Positions 1 to 9,561 of a stretch of 52,542 nt of DNA are shown here, piece after piece. The DNA is from Candidatus Saccharibacteria bacterium UBA4727 (GTDB taxonomy: Bacteria; Patescibacteriota; Saccharimonadia; Saccharimonadales; Saccharimonadaceae), in the NCBI GenBank assembly GCA_002404195.1, contig DHJF01000001.1:1-52542 (forward strand), in the 5' to 3' direction. Position numbers and translations under genes: made by a program. Below the pieces are notes generated by a model, which was not told the DNA's origin, did no database searches, and saw nothing but the letters and a program-made list of their open reading frames with translations. Numbering within the stretch: position 1 is the stretch's first letter; every line of letters begins with the position of its first letter.

Positions 1-765
1 GAAGTTAAAGAGGCGCAGGACTGCGTCTTGACCGTACATCGTCGGCACGGTCTCGACACGAAGATTCAATAGATGAGTCGCGCCGTCACGCGTAACTTCT
101 TTTTGCATGTGACCTGATTGCGGCTCGGTGGCGGCCGACGACACATTGGCGCGACTGGCCAGCTCGCCCATGATAATACGGTACCTGTCTTTATCAAGCG
201 AGGCGACGGGGTGCAAGGCACCGTCAACACGCATGCGGATGCGAATAGCATTGCGTTCATTCTCGATGTGAATGTCGCTGGCACCTAATTTATCGGCTTG
301 GTCGATGAGGTAGTCGAAGACACGATCACTACTGACAGAGTTGAGCGTTTTACTGACTTCGGTAATGGTATCGCTATCGCCTTCTTTGGCGATTTGAATA
401 TCGTCATAGATAATCTTCGTTGGTGGATCATAACGCGCCATAAAAGATTTAAAGGCACTGCCGCTAATCAGTAGGAACTGAATATTGTCACCACGATCGT
501 TATACTGCTTTTCCATGGCATGAATCAGCGACTGAGGTGTTTGGCTTGTCACACCAAAACGGTACGGCGCATCGGCAGTAGCGGCGAGCAGTGGCACGAT
601 ATAGCCTTTGTACATTTCCGGTACTTCTAAAATATGTTGCAGCAGTGGCAGTTCATTTTCGAGATCGCGCGCGTCAAGATATTGCAGACCCAAAATAGCT
701 GCACGCTGCAAGGTAGCTTTTTCGTCTTGCTCACGCCGGTGTTGCTGAATTTTGCCTTCGTCCAT
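1..765 (-). CDS. pilB: Type IV pilus / type II secretion assembly ATPase (PilB/GspE family), N-terminal 255 codons; the rest lies beyond the window start
   Basis: Own minus-strand translation; absent from the ORF track because there is no stop in the window. ATG at 765-763: MDEGKIQQHRREQDEKATLQRAAILGLQYLDARDLENELPLL..., then ...FDYLIDQADKLGASDIHIENERNAIRIRMRVDGALHPV...NLRVETVPTMYGQDAVLRLFNF. This is a GspE-type N-domain followed by the ASDIHIE entry into the ATPase core. Frame is open to nt 1. Confidence 0.8.
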   Translation of the reverse strand, partial: MDEGKIQQHRREQDEKATLQRAAILGLQYLDARDLENELPLLQHILEVPEMYKGYIVPLLAATADAPYRFGVTSQTPQSLIHAMEKQYNDRGDNIQFLLISGSAFKSFMARYDPPTKIIYDDIQIAKEGDSDTITEVSKTLNSVSSDRVFDYLIDQADKLGASDIHIENERNAIRIRMRVDGALHPVASLDKDRYRIIMGELASRANVSSAATEPQSGHMQKEVTRDGATHLLNLRVETVPTMYGQDAVLRLFNF

Positions 766-810
766 TACCCCTCACTATAGCAAAAAGCTTATGTATTTAG
801 TAGTGATACA

Positions 811-1314
811 ATGAGTGTAATGCCCGAGATTATCGTGATTGCTCATAATATCCGCTCCACCCACAATGTGGGTGCGATTTTTCGGAGTAGCGAAGGTTTT
901 GGTGTCAGTCGCATTATTCTTAGTGGTTACACCCCCTACCCCATCATAGATAACGATACTCGACTGCCTCACATTTCGCGCAAACTGACTGAACAAATTC
1001 ATAAGACTGCCCTCGGCGCCGAACAAATCGTGCCGTTTAACTATCAAGAAGTGCCAGATATTGCCACGCTGCGAGCTAGCGGCTATACCATTGTTGGACT
1101 TGAGCAAGATGAGCGCTCGGTCATGCTACCCGACTACACGCCGCCCGAAAAAATCGCACTCCTCCTTGGAGAGGAGGTCAAAGGTATTACCGACGACATG
1201 CGCGATCTTTGTGACGACCTTATTGAAATCCCTATGGTTGGCAAAAAAGAATCATTTAATGTGTCTGTCGCGACGGGCATTGCACTCTACGCTCTGACAA
1301 GCTCGAATAGTTAA
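811..1314 (+). CDS. SpoU/TrmH-family RNA 2'-O-methyltransferase
   Basis: 167 aa with IVIAHNIRSTHNVGAIFRSSEGFGV and C-terminal IPMVGKKESFNVSVATGIALY (SPOUT knot motifs). The second in-frame ATG at 820 sits 7 nt after TGaTACAAT (804-812) and may be the true leaderless start. Confidence 0.8.
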   Translation: MSVMPEIIVIAHNIRSTHNVGAIFRSSEGFGVSRIILSGYTPYPIIDNDTRLPHISRKLTEQIHKTALGAEQIVPFNYQEVPDIATLRASGYTIVGLEQDERSVMLPDYTPPEKIALLLGEEVKGITDDMRDLCDDLIEIPMVGKKESFNVSVATGIALYALTSSNS

Positions 1315-2393
1315 TTAATCTTTAACTTCTCTTTTAATTCGGTTAACGCTTCGTATGCGTCGATACTCTGAACAGCCACTCTCACCTGGTTAACATCGTC
1401 AAGAACGCTAAATTCAGCACCCGACTCTCCCATCCCCATGTATTTGTAGCGAAAGGCCAATGCCAAGCCGCGTCGACCAAGCTCCTGACGAAGCATAATA
1501 AGGAGTTGGTTATAGTCAACTTCCGACACACGCTCCGCATGACGCTTCATAGCAGCATCTTGTAAATGAGTGGCCACCTGTTCCGCCGTAAACGGCTTCA
1601 TGTACGTATTGATATTGTTTTCCTGCCAACCGCCCATATATACGGTAATATCCGCCATCCCTCCTTGCCCGGGAACAATACGTAGCTGGTTAGACTGCGG
1701 CTCGACCGCACCATTCATCACTCGTCTGACATATTCGCCAGAGACAGTTTCACCCGCGAGAGAAGCGCGGTAGTTCGCCGACATAAAACCGTCGCCACTA
1801 AACTTTGGTTTTGGCCCATACTGCAGACCGCCCGGATGCAAATCAACATACAACGCGACGTCAAGTGGAACCTCATAGATTCGGCTAGCAAGTGTGTCCT
1901 CAACTTGAATAAGCGGGTAACGGTATAGTTCACGAGCCCAGCCACTCAGTCGGCAAGCATATCGAGACTCCGATGAACAGTCTGGACACGCCCGGGTGGC
2001 AGTCATACGATTTACCGATACACCGGCGACGCTATGTAGCTCCTCCCGAATATCCGCCTCACTCGGTATACCATCGGGATGGGACCACGTGTCGTACCGC
2101 GCCAGAACATCTTCCGGCATATCGTCCATCTTCCAGGAAACATCACCAACTTTATGACTATCCCGCTTTTTGTCAGCGAGCAACTCCGGCAGACTGGCAT
2201 ACGTCGCCACTTGGGCTAATCGTTTCGTAACGATAGTTTGCTGTCGATAGCGACCCTCTATTCTTGCCGGGACTTTTACCTCATGCGTAACATTTCGGAA
2301 ATCGAGCGTGCTTACTTCGTCTGTCGTTGAAAACTTTATAATTCGATCATACTCTTGATTGATGTCTTGTAGCATCTGTCTTTCGCGGTTCAT
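1311..2393 (-). CDS. Hypothetical protein (360 aa), no motif recognised
   Basis: Long uninterrupted ORF with protein-like composition, convergent with the trmH-like gene (4-nt overlap in ttaattaa). I recognise no family signature. Confidence 0.6.
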   Translation of the reverse strand: MNRERQMLQDINQEYDRIIKFSTTDEVSTLDFRNVTHEVKVPARIEGRYRQQTIVTKRLAQVATYASLPELLADKKRDSHKVGDVSWKMDDMPEDVLARYDTWSHPDGIPSEADIREELHSVAGVSVNRMTATRACPDCSSESRYACRLSGWARELYRYPLIQVEDTLASRIYEVPLDVALYVDLHPGGLQYGPKPKFSGDGFMSANYRASLAGETVSGEYVRRVMNGAVEPQSNQLRIVPGQGGMADITVYMGGWQENNINTYMKPFTAEQVATHLQDAAMKRHAERVSEVDYNQLLIMLRQELGRRGLALAFRYKYMGMGESGAEFSVLDDVNQVRVAVQSIDAYEALTELKEKLKIN

Positions 2394-2480
2394 GATTGTA
2401 TCTCCTTTATCTACTGTCAGCTTAGCGTGCTAGTCTAGCGCCATCTAGTCGAAACATTTTACCCATGCTACTATGGAGTT

Positions 2481-3131
2481 ATGCTACATCATATTCAAAA
2501 GAGTATTATGGACAAACTTGCGACGACTGAGACGAAGCGCTACGGCGAACTAAAACCAGCTGAACTTGATGGCAATGTCTTCGGCTATCACTTAAAAGCC
2601 CTGCTGATTGAGAAATATGTTACAAAAAGTGAACAGGGTGACTATAGGCTCACTCAAAAAGGTAAGGACTATATTGTGCATCGTTATGAGAACCCGCTAC
2701 TGCAGGCTCATTCGATTTTTCTGATTGCAGTTTCACGCGACGACGCGTGGCTCATGCGTGAACGCTTAGTGCAGCCGCTGCTTGGTATGACGGGGTTTAT
2801 TCATGGTGAGCCTATAGCGAATGAGGCGATCGCCGTCACGGCGGCGCGGCGGTTACACGAAAAAACCGGCTTAGATGTCGATCTGAGCGTACAGGGTAGT
2901 GGTCTCATCTCCATCACGCGCGGCGGCGTACTGGAAAGTTATTCCCACGCAGTTGTACTCACAGGTCAAACTGACAGTGATATCTCCATCACCAAAGATT
3001 CTACTGGACATAACTTTTGGCTACCCGCCAGCGAATTAGATTCGGCGACCATCTTGCCTAGTTGTATCGATATTATTTCACGTATCGATAAACACGATTT
3101 CACCCCGTTCGATTTTCACTATAACTTGTAA
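2481..3131 (+). CDS. Winged-helix DNA-binding domain fused to a Nudix-fold domain with a degenerate Nudix box
   Basis: N-terminus KRYGELKPAELDGNVFGYHLKALLIEKYVTKSEQGDYRLTQKGKDYI looks wHTH-like. Residues 109-131, GEPIANEAIAVTAARRLHEKTGL, fit Gx5Ex7REUxEExGU except RE->RR and EE->EK. Confidence 0.65.
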   Translation: MLHHIQKSIMDKLATTETKRYGELKPAELDGNVFGYHLKALLIEKYVTKSEQGDYRLTQKGKDYIVHRYENPLLQAHSIFLIAVSRDDAWLMRERLVQPLLGMTGFIHGEPIANEAIAVTAARRLHEKTGLDVDLSVQGSGLISITRGGVLESYSHAVVLTGQTDSDISITKDSTGHNFWLPASELDSATILPSCIDIISRIDKHDFTPFDFHYNL

Positions 3132-3193
3132 ATTCGTAAACTTCGTTGTATAGTTAGCGTACTTATCCATCCCCTATGTAAGGCTGTGACGAT

Positions 3194-3661
3194 ATGCCCC
3201 TTCCAAGAGATATAACTCAGCTAGCACTCGGTCTTCATTTTAAACCAGGCCTCGTCGACACCGCTGGTCTGTGTATCTCTATTGCGGCGCGCATGCCCGA
3301 GCATTACCAACAGCCGACAGTCTTTCTGAAAGCGACGCTATGCGACGTCACGCTGGAGATTCACAAGATCCGTCTCACGACCTATCGCTTCATCGTTGAC
3401 AAGGATTCGTACGACAACGAACCAGTTCGGCGAACATTGGCGAGTGGCCGCGAACGCCTTAAGCAATCGTATCAGTCGTTTGGTGACGATGACCCAGTGA
3501 AACCACTCGTGCGCCAACAGATGGACGAAGCACCAGTCGTCTGGCTGGAGTTCGATGCATCGGAGTGGATCGCCTTAATGGGCGATCACGTCACCGTACA
3601 TTCAACCGGAGGCGGGCCCGAGCCACTTGGCGAAATCACTCAGCTGTCCGTTCTCAAGTAA
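3194..3661 (+). CDS. Hypothetical protein (155 aa)
   Basis: ORF followed by a bidirectional terminator; no recognisable motif. Confidence 0.5.
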   Translation: MPLPRDITQLALGLHFKPGLVDTAGLCISIAARMPEHYQQPTVFLKATLCDVTLEIHKIRLTTYRFIVDKDSYDNEPVRRTLASGRERLKQSYQSFGDDDPVKPLVRQQMDEAPVVWLEFDASEWIALMGDHVTVHSTGGGPEPLGEITQLSVLK

Positions 3662-3685
3662 CTCAACCTAGACGTCGATGTTTAT

Positions 3686-3719
3686 GAAAAGAAACTCCGT
3701 CTCGGCGGAGTTTCTTTTC
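3686..3719. terminator. Bidirectional intrinsic terminator between convergent genes
   Basis: 14-bp stem gaaaagaaactccg / cggagtttcttttc. The A/T-rich outer stem positions supply U-runs in both directions. It lies between the 155-aa ORF stop and the dnaE stop. Confidence 0.7.
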
Positions 3720-3739
3720 ATAATGAGACCAATACGAAG

Positions 3740-6700
3740 CTACTTTAAAACAACGCAATCTTCACCGAGCACTTTGACAAGTTCGCCGATCAGCTCAACG
3801 CTACCGTCAACCCGGAACGGCAACCTGATAGCAGATTTTTTATCAGCGCCAAGTACCAGCACGATGTCGGTGTTGCCGACAAAATTACTGCAGGTTTGCT
3901 TGAGCAGCAGCAACGCCTCGCGGTCGTCGGGGTTTTTAATATGCACAAACAATTTCTTAACAGGCGGAATATCAAGGATAGGTCGTGGCTTTTCGGCAAC
4001 TGGCGCTTCGACGGGTGATGTCGTGACTGGCGCGCTCACCTCTGGCGTCTTGCCATGCTTGGCTTTATGCTCAGCCACACGCATCGCTTTTACTTTGCTA
4101 CTCATTTTGGGCGCTTCCATCTTGCGACCAGTCGATTCGTACTCACGCATTTCTTTGTCAGTCACTTCAATCACTTCATCGGCAATCATTTTTGCCTCTG
4201 TGCCCAAGTTGCCGTCGCGGTCGCGTGCGCTCATCTTGCCGGTAATACGCACCACGGCGTCTTGGACCAACTTCGCGCCGACTTGCTCGAATAAATTAGG
4301 GAAAATAATCACTTCGCCCTCACCTGTTTTATCTTCGAGCGCCACGAAGGCCATTTTCGTACCAGATTTTGTAATAATCGTACGTACCGTACTGACGAGT
4401 CCGCCAATCGTGGCTTTTTTACCATCAACATCCGGCGTCATCCGCGAGAGCGGGATCGTTTGTTCTTCGAAATACTTGTCGTAATTATCAAGCGGATGCG
4501 CACTAATATACAGACCGAGCAGTTCACGCTCCCATAGCAGCTGTTCTTTTTCCGTAAATTTAACTGGCGCAGTTTGCATAGTCATCGTTGGCTGTAAGCT
4601 TGCCATATCGCTCAGGCCGCCAAACAAATCACCCTGGCCGCTGAGTGCGGCTTTTTGGACACGACTGGCGAAGGCCTGAATAGTCTCAAGGTTGAATAAT
4701 AAATCCGAACGATCGCCCAGCTCATCAAAGCCACCAGATTTAATCAGTGAATCCCAGGCTTTTTTATTAAACTTACTCGTGCTGACACGTTTAGCAAAAT
4801 CTTCAATATTCGCAAACTTACCCTCTTCGCGAGCTCGGAGAATTTCTTCGACAGCACCCGTACCGACACCCTTAATGGCTGCCATGCCAAAACGAATTTC
4901 ATTCTCGCCGGGCACCACCGCGAACTCCACGAATGATTCATTCACGTCTGGTGATAGCACGGTAATACCCATGTGTTTGCACTCAGAAATTTCAATCGCC
5001 AGACGATCGATGTCGTCTTGGTCGCTGGTCATCAAGGCTGCCATGAAGGCATCTGGATAGTGCGCCTTGAGATACGCCGTCCAGTAGCTAATCAGACCAT
5101 AACAAGCAGCGTGCGACTTATTAAAACAGTAGTTGGCAAACTCTTCAAGCTGGTCCCAGAACTTTTCAGCAACCTCTTTTTTCGCGCCACTGGTTTTGAT
5201 TGCACCTTCGACGAAGTCTACTTTGACTTTACGCATCAGATCAATCTTCTTTTTACCCACTGCCTTACGCAGCGTATCGGCCTGACCACCGGTAAAGCCG
5301 CACCATTCCTTGGAAATCTGCATGAATTGCTCTTGGTACACCAAGATACCGTAGGTATTTTCCAGGGAGTTTTTCATACCCTCGTGCAGATAGGTAATTT
5401 CTTCTTGGCCGTGTTTGCGCTTAATAAAGCTATCGATAAACTGCATTGGACCAGGCCGATAGAGTGCCACCATGGCGATAATATCTTCAAACACACTCGG
5501 CTTAAGTTCGCGGAGATACCGTTTCATACCAGCTGACTCGAGCTGGAAGACGCCGGTCGTGTCGCCGCGCTGGAAAAGTTCAAACGTCGCTTTGTCGTCG
5601 AGTGGAATATTAGGGAGTGTGATCTCGGTTTTATAGACCTTTTTAATAATACGTAGCGCGTTGTTGATCGTCGTTAAGTTCGACAGTCCCAAAAAGTCCA
5701 TCTTCAGCAGACCGAGCTCTTCAACCTCACCCATCGGGAACTGCGTCGTGACAACACCCTTCTGTGCCATTTCAAGCGGAAGGTATTTCACAAGATCGTC
5801 TGGCGCAATCACCACACCACAAGCATGCACACCGTGCGAGCGAATCGTACCTTCAAGGCGTACGGCGTAATCAAACACCATCTTCGCAGTCGGATTCGTG
5901 TCGTATTCCTTCTTCAGGTCAACATCTTCTTTGATACTGACTTTAAGTGGAATATGCCGCCCCTGAGCTGGCGGGGGAATCATCTTCGACAAGCGGTCTG
6001 CCTCAGCGTACGGCACCTGCAACACACGAGCCACGTCACGCACCGCGGCACGCGCAGCCATCTTGCCGAACGTCACAATGTTCGACACCCGCTCGGCACC
6101 ATATTTATCTGAACAATACTGAATAACCTCGTCGCGACGAGTATCCTGGATGTCGACATCGATATCTGGCATTGAAATACGATCCGGGTTGAGGAAACGC
6201 TCAAACAGCAAACCATATTTGAGTGGGTCTAAATCGGTAATATTCAGTGCATAGGCGATAATAGAACCCGCCGCTGAGCCACGGCCCGGTCCAAAGATAA
6301 TTCCCTGACGTTTACCCCAGTTAATAAAGTCTTGCACGATTAAGAAATAGCCGTTATACCCCATACGATCCAGCACGCCCAGCTCCATCTCAAGTCGCCC
6401 GCGCACCTCGTCACTCAGTACAGCGGACATCTCCGGTATCGACATAGTTTCGGCCTGCTCAGTGGGGATGTGATTATAGCGCTCAACGACACCTTCGTAG
6501 ACGAGTTTATCGAGAAACGTCTTTTCAGTCTGACCTTCAGGCACAGGGAACGTCGGAATCAAAATCCGGTCAAGCTCGAGCTCGACATTGCAACGCTCGG
6601 CGACAAGCCGTGTATTGCGCACGGCCTGCGGATTCGTTCGCCCCCAACGACTAATAATATCAACCGGGTCGGTGACGTGGAGTTCAAACTCTTTCAAGCT

Positions 6701-7474
6701 CATACGCTTTTCGTCGCTCAAAAACGCGCCGGTGCCGACACAGAGTAAAATCTCATGCGCATCTTGATCGTTATGTGTCACGTAGTGACCGTCGCTGGTG
6801 ACAACACAGGGGATATCGAGATCCTTCGATAGTGCTTCAAGGTGCTTGTTGATCCCCACCTGAACGTCCCACTTTGAAGGACAGTCAGGGTGGCCGTGGT
6901 CTTGCAGTTCGAGATAATAACGATCACCGAAAATAGATTTGTACCACTCGGCAATCTTCTTCGCACCTTCGTAGTCATCTTCGCGTAGTCGCTCGCCGAG
7001 CTCACCACCAGCACAAGCGGATAGTGCAATAATACCTTCATTGTATTGCTCAAGCAATTCGTGGTCGATACGTGGCTTATAGTACATACCCTCGAGGTTC
7101 GCCATCGTCGAAAGCTTCATCAAGTTATGATAGCCGACGTCATTCATAGCAAGTAAGATTAAGTGATAGCGCGCTTTGTCCTTGCCCGGGTCGCGGTCGT
7201 GACGTGACCGTGCTGCCACGTATGCTTCCATACCGATGACGGGCCGAATGTCAGCCGCCTTGGCCGCTTTGTAAAATTCGACAGCGCCGGACATGGTGCC
7301 GTGATCGGTCATCGCAACCGACTTCATACCCAGGTCTTTGACAACTTCAACTAACTCGGCAACCTTCGTAAGGCCGTCAAGCAAGCTATGATGTGTGTGA
7401 TTGTGCAGGTGCACATAATCGGCTGCGGTAAGCTGCGCAGATGGCGCCGCTTTTGTGGTAGTTTGTCCCTCCAT
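3740..7474 (-). CDS. dnaE: DNA polymerase III alpha subunit
   Basis: 1244 aa. N-terminal PHP motif YVHLHNHTHHSLLDG, a polymerase core, an OB fold, and a ~130-aa C-terminal extension. TGgTATACT sits 9 nt upstream of the ATG. Confidence 0.95.
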   Translation of the reverse strand: MEGQTTTKAAPSAQLTAADYVHLHNHTHHSLLDGLTKVAELVEVVKDLGMKSVAMTDHGTMSGAVEFYKAAKAADIRPVIGMEAYVAARSRHDRDPGKDKARYHLILLAMNDVGYHNLMKLSTMANLEGMYYKPRIDHELLEQYNEGIIALSACAGGELGERLREDDYEGAKKIAEWYKSIFGDRYYLELQDHGHPDCPSKWDVQVGINKHLEALSKDLDIPCVVTSDGHYVTHNDQDAHEILLCVGTGAFLSDEKRMSLKEFELHVTDPVDIISRWGRTNPQAVRNTRLVAERCNVELELDRILIPTFPVPEGQTEKTFLDKLVYEGVVERYNHIPTEQAETMSIPEMSAVLSDEVRGRLEMELGVLDRMGYNGYFLIVQDFINWGKRQGIIFGPGRGSAAGSIIAYALNITDLDPLKYGLLFERFLNPDRISMPDIDVDIQDTRRDEVIQYCSDKYGAERVSNIVTFGKMAARAAVRDVARVLQVPYAEADRLSKMIPPPAQGRHIPLKVSIKEDVDLKKEYDTNPTAKMVFDYAVRLEGTIRSHGVHACGVVIAPDDLVKYLPLEMAQKGVVTTQFPMGEVEELGLLKMDFLGLSNLTTINNALRIIKKVYKTEITLPNIPLDDKATFELFQRGDTTGVFQLESAGMKRYLRELKPSVFEDIIAMVALYRPGPMQFIDSFIKRKHGQEEITYLHEGMKNSLENTYGILVYQEQFMQISKEWCGFTGGQADTLRKAVGKKKIDLMRKVKVDFVEGAIKTSGAKKEVAEKFWDQLEEFANYCFNKSHAACYGLISYWTAYLKAHYPDAFMAALMTSDQDDIDRLAIEISECKHMGITVLSPDVNESFVEFAVVPGENEIRFGMAAIKGVGTGAVEEILRAREEGKFANIEDFAKRVSTSKFNKKAWDSLIKSGGFDELGDRSDLLFNLETIQAFASRVQKAALSGQGDLFGGLSDMASLQPTMTMQTAPVKFTEKEQLLWERELLGLYISAHPLDNYDKYFEEQTIPLSRMTPDVDGKKATIGGLVSTVRTIITKSGTKMAFVALEDKTGEGEVIIFPNLFEQVGAKLVQDAVVRITGKMSARDRDGNLGTEAKMIADEVIEVTDKEMREYESTGRKMEAPKMSSKVKAMRVAEHKAKHGKTPEVSAPVTTSPVEAPVAEKPRPILDIPPVKKLFVHIKNPDDREALLLLKQTCSNFVGNTDIVLVLGADKKSAIRLPFRVDGSVELIGELVKVLGEDCVVLK

Positions 7475-7525
7475 ACTATAACTAGTATACCAACTATGAC
7501 GCTGGAAAACTATCAGTTGTCGAAA

Positions 7526-7816
7526 CTACTTTTTATTATTCTCAATCGTTTGTTGAATTTGTTTGACAGAGTCGCCCAGGCCCGGAATATGTATGAACAA
7601 ACTCAGCGTCCACACCAACAGCGCCACCACAATAGTACCGCCAAGAACACTGCCAAGACCAAAGAAGATTCCGCGTATAAAATTCATTTTGTATACTTGT
7701 GCACGGCTTTTATGAAAGTCGTAGAAGAGATCTTCTAGAACGGCGCGCCGAGCACCAAGTTCATTATCGCGTTTTACTTTATCGACGGCTTTTTTTGTTG
7801 AGTGCCTCAGCAGCAT
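7526..7816 (-). CDS. Small membrane protein (DUF5665-like, tentative)
   Basis: 96 aa with a single hydrophobic span, FIRGIFFGLGSVLGGTIVVALLVWTLSLF. Confidence 0.5.
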   Translation of the reverse strand: MLLRHSTKKAVDKVKRDNELGARRAVLEDLFYDFHKSRAQVYKMNFIRGIFFGLGSVLGGTIVVALLVWTLSLFIHIPGLGDSVKQIQQTIENNKK

Positions 7817-7877
7817 AAATTCCCCTTGTCATGCAATTAGTCATTTTAGTGTGTCACGTTCACACCGACATAACAAG

Positions 7878-8135
7878 TTATTTTGTAACTTTAAAGCCTT
7901 CTTTCGCACCCTCAACCGCACCTTCGATAGCGTGTTCACCGCGCGACTTGTACTCTTCCGCCTTGTCTCGTGCGTGCTTGGCTTTTTTAAAACTCTTTTG
8001 CTTCAATTCAGATGCCTTATCTTTGATATCTGCCCGTGTCTCTTTGCCTGATTTTGGAGCAGTCAAAACACCGGCAATAACACCAGCAATGACACCAATA
8101 ACGGCACCGAATGCAAATCTACTTTTCGTTGACAT
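7878..8135 (-). CDS. YtxH-like general stress protein
   Basis: 85 aa. N-terminal glycine-zipper helix FGAVIGVIAGVIAGVLTAPKSGKETR followed by a Lys/Glu-rich helix, the typical YtxH architecture. Confidence 0.7.
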   Translation of the reverse strand: MSTKSRFAFGAVIGVIAGVIAGVLTAPKSGKETRADIKDKASELKQKSFKKAKHARDKAEEYKSRGEHAIEGAVEGAKEGFKVTK

Positions 8136-8385
8136 GTGAGTCTCCTTTCGTCTGATACTTTTTGATAAATTTTGCCACCATCTTCATAATCAGGAGTGGT
8201 GACGCCAACCCACGCACCTGTGAAATTGTCTTTTCAATGACCTTTACAGTACGTTCGGCCGAACCCGCTACCAGACGGATTTGATGCGTCACTTTAATAA
8301 GCATAATGATAAGCGTAATCCCTAAAAGGAGGAATATCCCCAGGAATACCGCCAAAATGACGACGAGCACTTGTGCCCAGTCCAC
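8119..8385 (-). CDS. DUF948/YtxG-like membrane protein
   Basis: 88 aa with an N-terminal TM helix and a coiled region. It sits directly upstream of the YtxH-like gene, the same order as Firmicutes ytxG-ytxH. Confidence 0.55.
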   Translation of the reverse strand: MDWAQVLVVILAVFLGIFLLLGITLIIMLIKVTHQIRLVAGSAERTVKVIEKTISQVRGLASPLLIMKMVAKFIKKYQTKGDSHVNEK

Positions 8386-8637
8386 TTACGCTTGCTCTCT
8401 GCGGAACACTCGAGCTATCCAAATAAGGCCGATTGCGCCAATAACGGCAACGATAAAGCTATAGATATTGAAGCCGTTAACGCCGCTGCCGCCCAATAAC
8501 TCTACGAGCCAGCCGCCGATAACACCACCAACAATACCAAGAATGATGTTTTTTAGTAGTCCGCCCGATTCTTTCATGATTGCTTTCGCAACCAGTCCAG
8601 CTAATGCACCTAGTATGATCCATCCTATCCAGCCCAT
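8386..8637 (-). CDS. GlsB/YeaQ/YmgE-family stress membrane protein
   Basis: 83 aa: MGWIGWIILGALAGLVAKAIM...ILGIVGGVIGGWL, the characteristic transglycosylase-associated (GlsB) pattern. Confidence 0.75.
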   Translation of the reverse strand: MGWIGWIILGALAGLVAKAIMKESGGLLKNIILGIVGGVIGGWLVELLGGSGVNGFNIYSFIVAVIGAIGLIWIARVFRREQA

Positions 8638-8677
8638 AAAATACCCCCTTGATATATTATCGTTTGTTGTACTCCTA

Positions 8678-9550
8678 TTATAACCTACTTCTCAGGAAAT
8701 CCGCCAGTGCCTCGCCGTACTCTTCACTCTCAAGCGCAACGTCAACGACCGCTTGAATATATTTCAGCTGATCGCCCGTGTCATGCCACGTTCCGTCAAT
8801 AAATTGCCCGTAGACTGCATCGGTCTGCGCAAGCTCGTTGATGCTATCCGCCAGTGTAATCTCACCGTTCGCACCAGGTAGCTCCCTGGCAATAATCGGT
8901 AGGATATTCGGCGTTAACAAATAGCCGCCGACCGAAGCAAAGCTACTTGGTGAGTTTACTTCACCTGGCTTCTCGACCAGTTGTTTCACGATAAAGGTGC
9001 CGCCGCCGAGGTCGTCGCCAATTGCCGCCATGCCGTATTTGTCAGCATCTTTTCTATCAACCTCGATAAGTGAAATAACCGATTTACCTGTTTTTTCATA
9101 TGCCACTTTCAATTGGACGGCGCGCGGTACAGTGCTGCGGAAAAAGTCGTCGGCAAAAAAGACAAAAAATGGCTCGTCGTCATCAATTAAGTGCTTGGCA
9201 TTCAAGATTGGACGCGCGTTACCTTTAGGCGTACCTTTTTGACGGACGTAGACAAAGTTTGCCAAATGAGCAATCGCTTCAATCTCATCCGCCTTGTCGC
9301 CCTTACCCTTTTCACGCAGCTCTTTTTCAAGCTCATCACTGCGATCGAAGTGATCCTCAATCGAGCGTTTCGTCGGACCAGTCACAATAATGACATCTGT
9401 CACCCCTGCTGCGACCGCTTCTTCGACAATCAATTGAATAACTGGTCGATCAATAATCGGTAGCATCTCTTTTGGCATTGCCTTGGTTTGTGGTAAAAAT
9501 CTCGTGCCTAAACCTGCTGCACAAATGATTGCTTTGGTTGGCTGCTTCAT
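8678..9550 (-). CDS. galU: UTP--glucose-1-phosphate uridylyltransferase
   Basis: KAIICAAGLGTRFLPQTKAMPKEMLPIIDRPVIQ N-terminal signature; 290 aa; GGAGGTG Shine-Dalgarno upstream. Confidence 0.9.
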   Translation of the reverse strand: MKQPTKAIICAAGLGTRFLPQTKAMPKEMLPIIDRPVIQLIVEEAVAAGVTDVIIVTGPTKRSIEDHFDRSDELEKELREKGKGDKADEIEAIAHLANFVYVRQKGTPKGNARPILNAKHLIDDDEPFFVFFADDFFRSTVPRAVQLKVAYEKTGKSVISLIEVDRKDADKYGMAAIGDDLGGGTFIVKQLVEKPGEVNSPSSFASVGGYLLTPNILPIIARELPGANGEITLADSINELAQTDAVYGQFIDGTWHDTGDQLKYIQAVVDVALESEEYGEALADFLRSRL

Positions 9551-9561
9551 AAACTCACCTC

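Noticed and set aside
3678-4484. 268-aa plus-strand ORF and many other 60-250-aa ORFs antisense to dnaE, gatA (12641-13405), fba (21618-22259), tkt, gap, pheT, cyoB and others
   Set aside because: They lie entirely within, and antisense or out of frame to, long genes with unambiguous family signatures. Their compositions are Ser/Arg/Leu-rich, typical of shadow ORFs.
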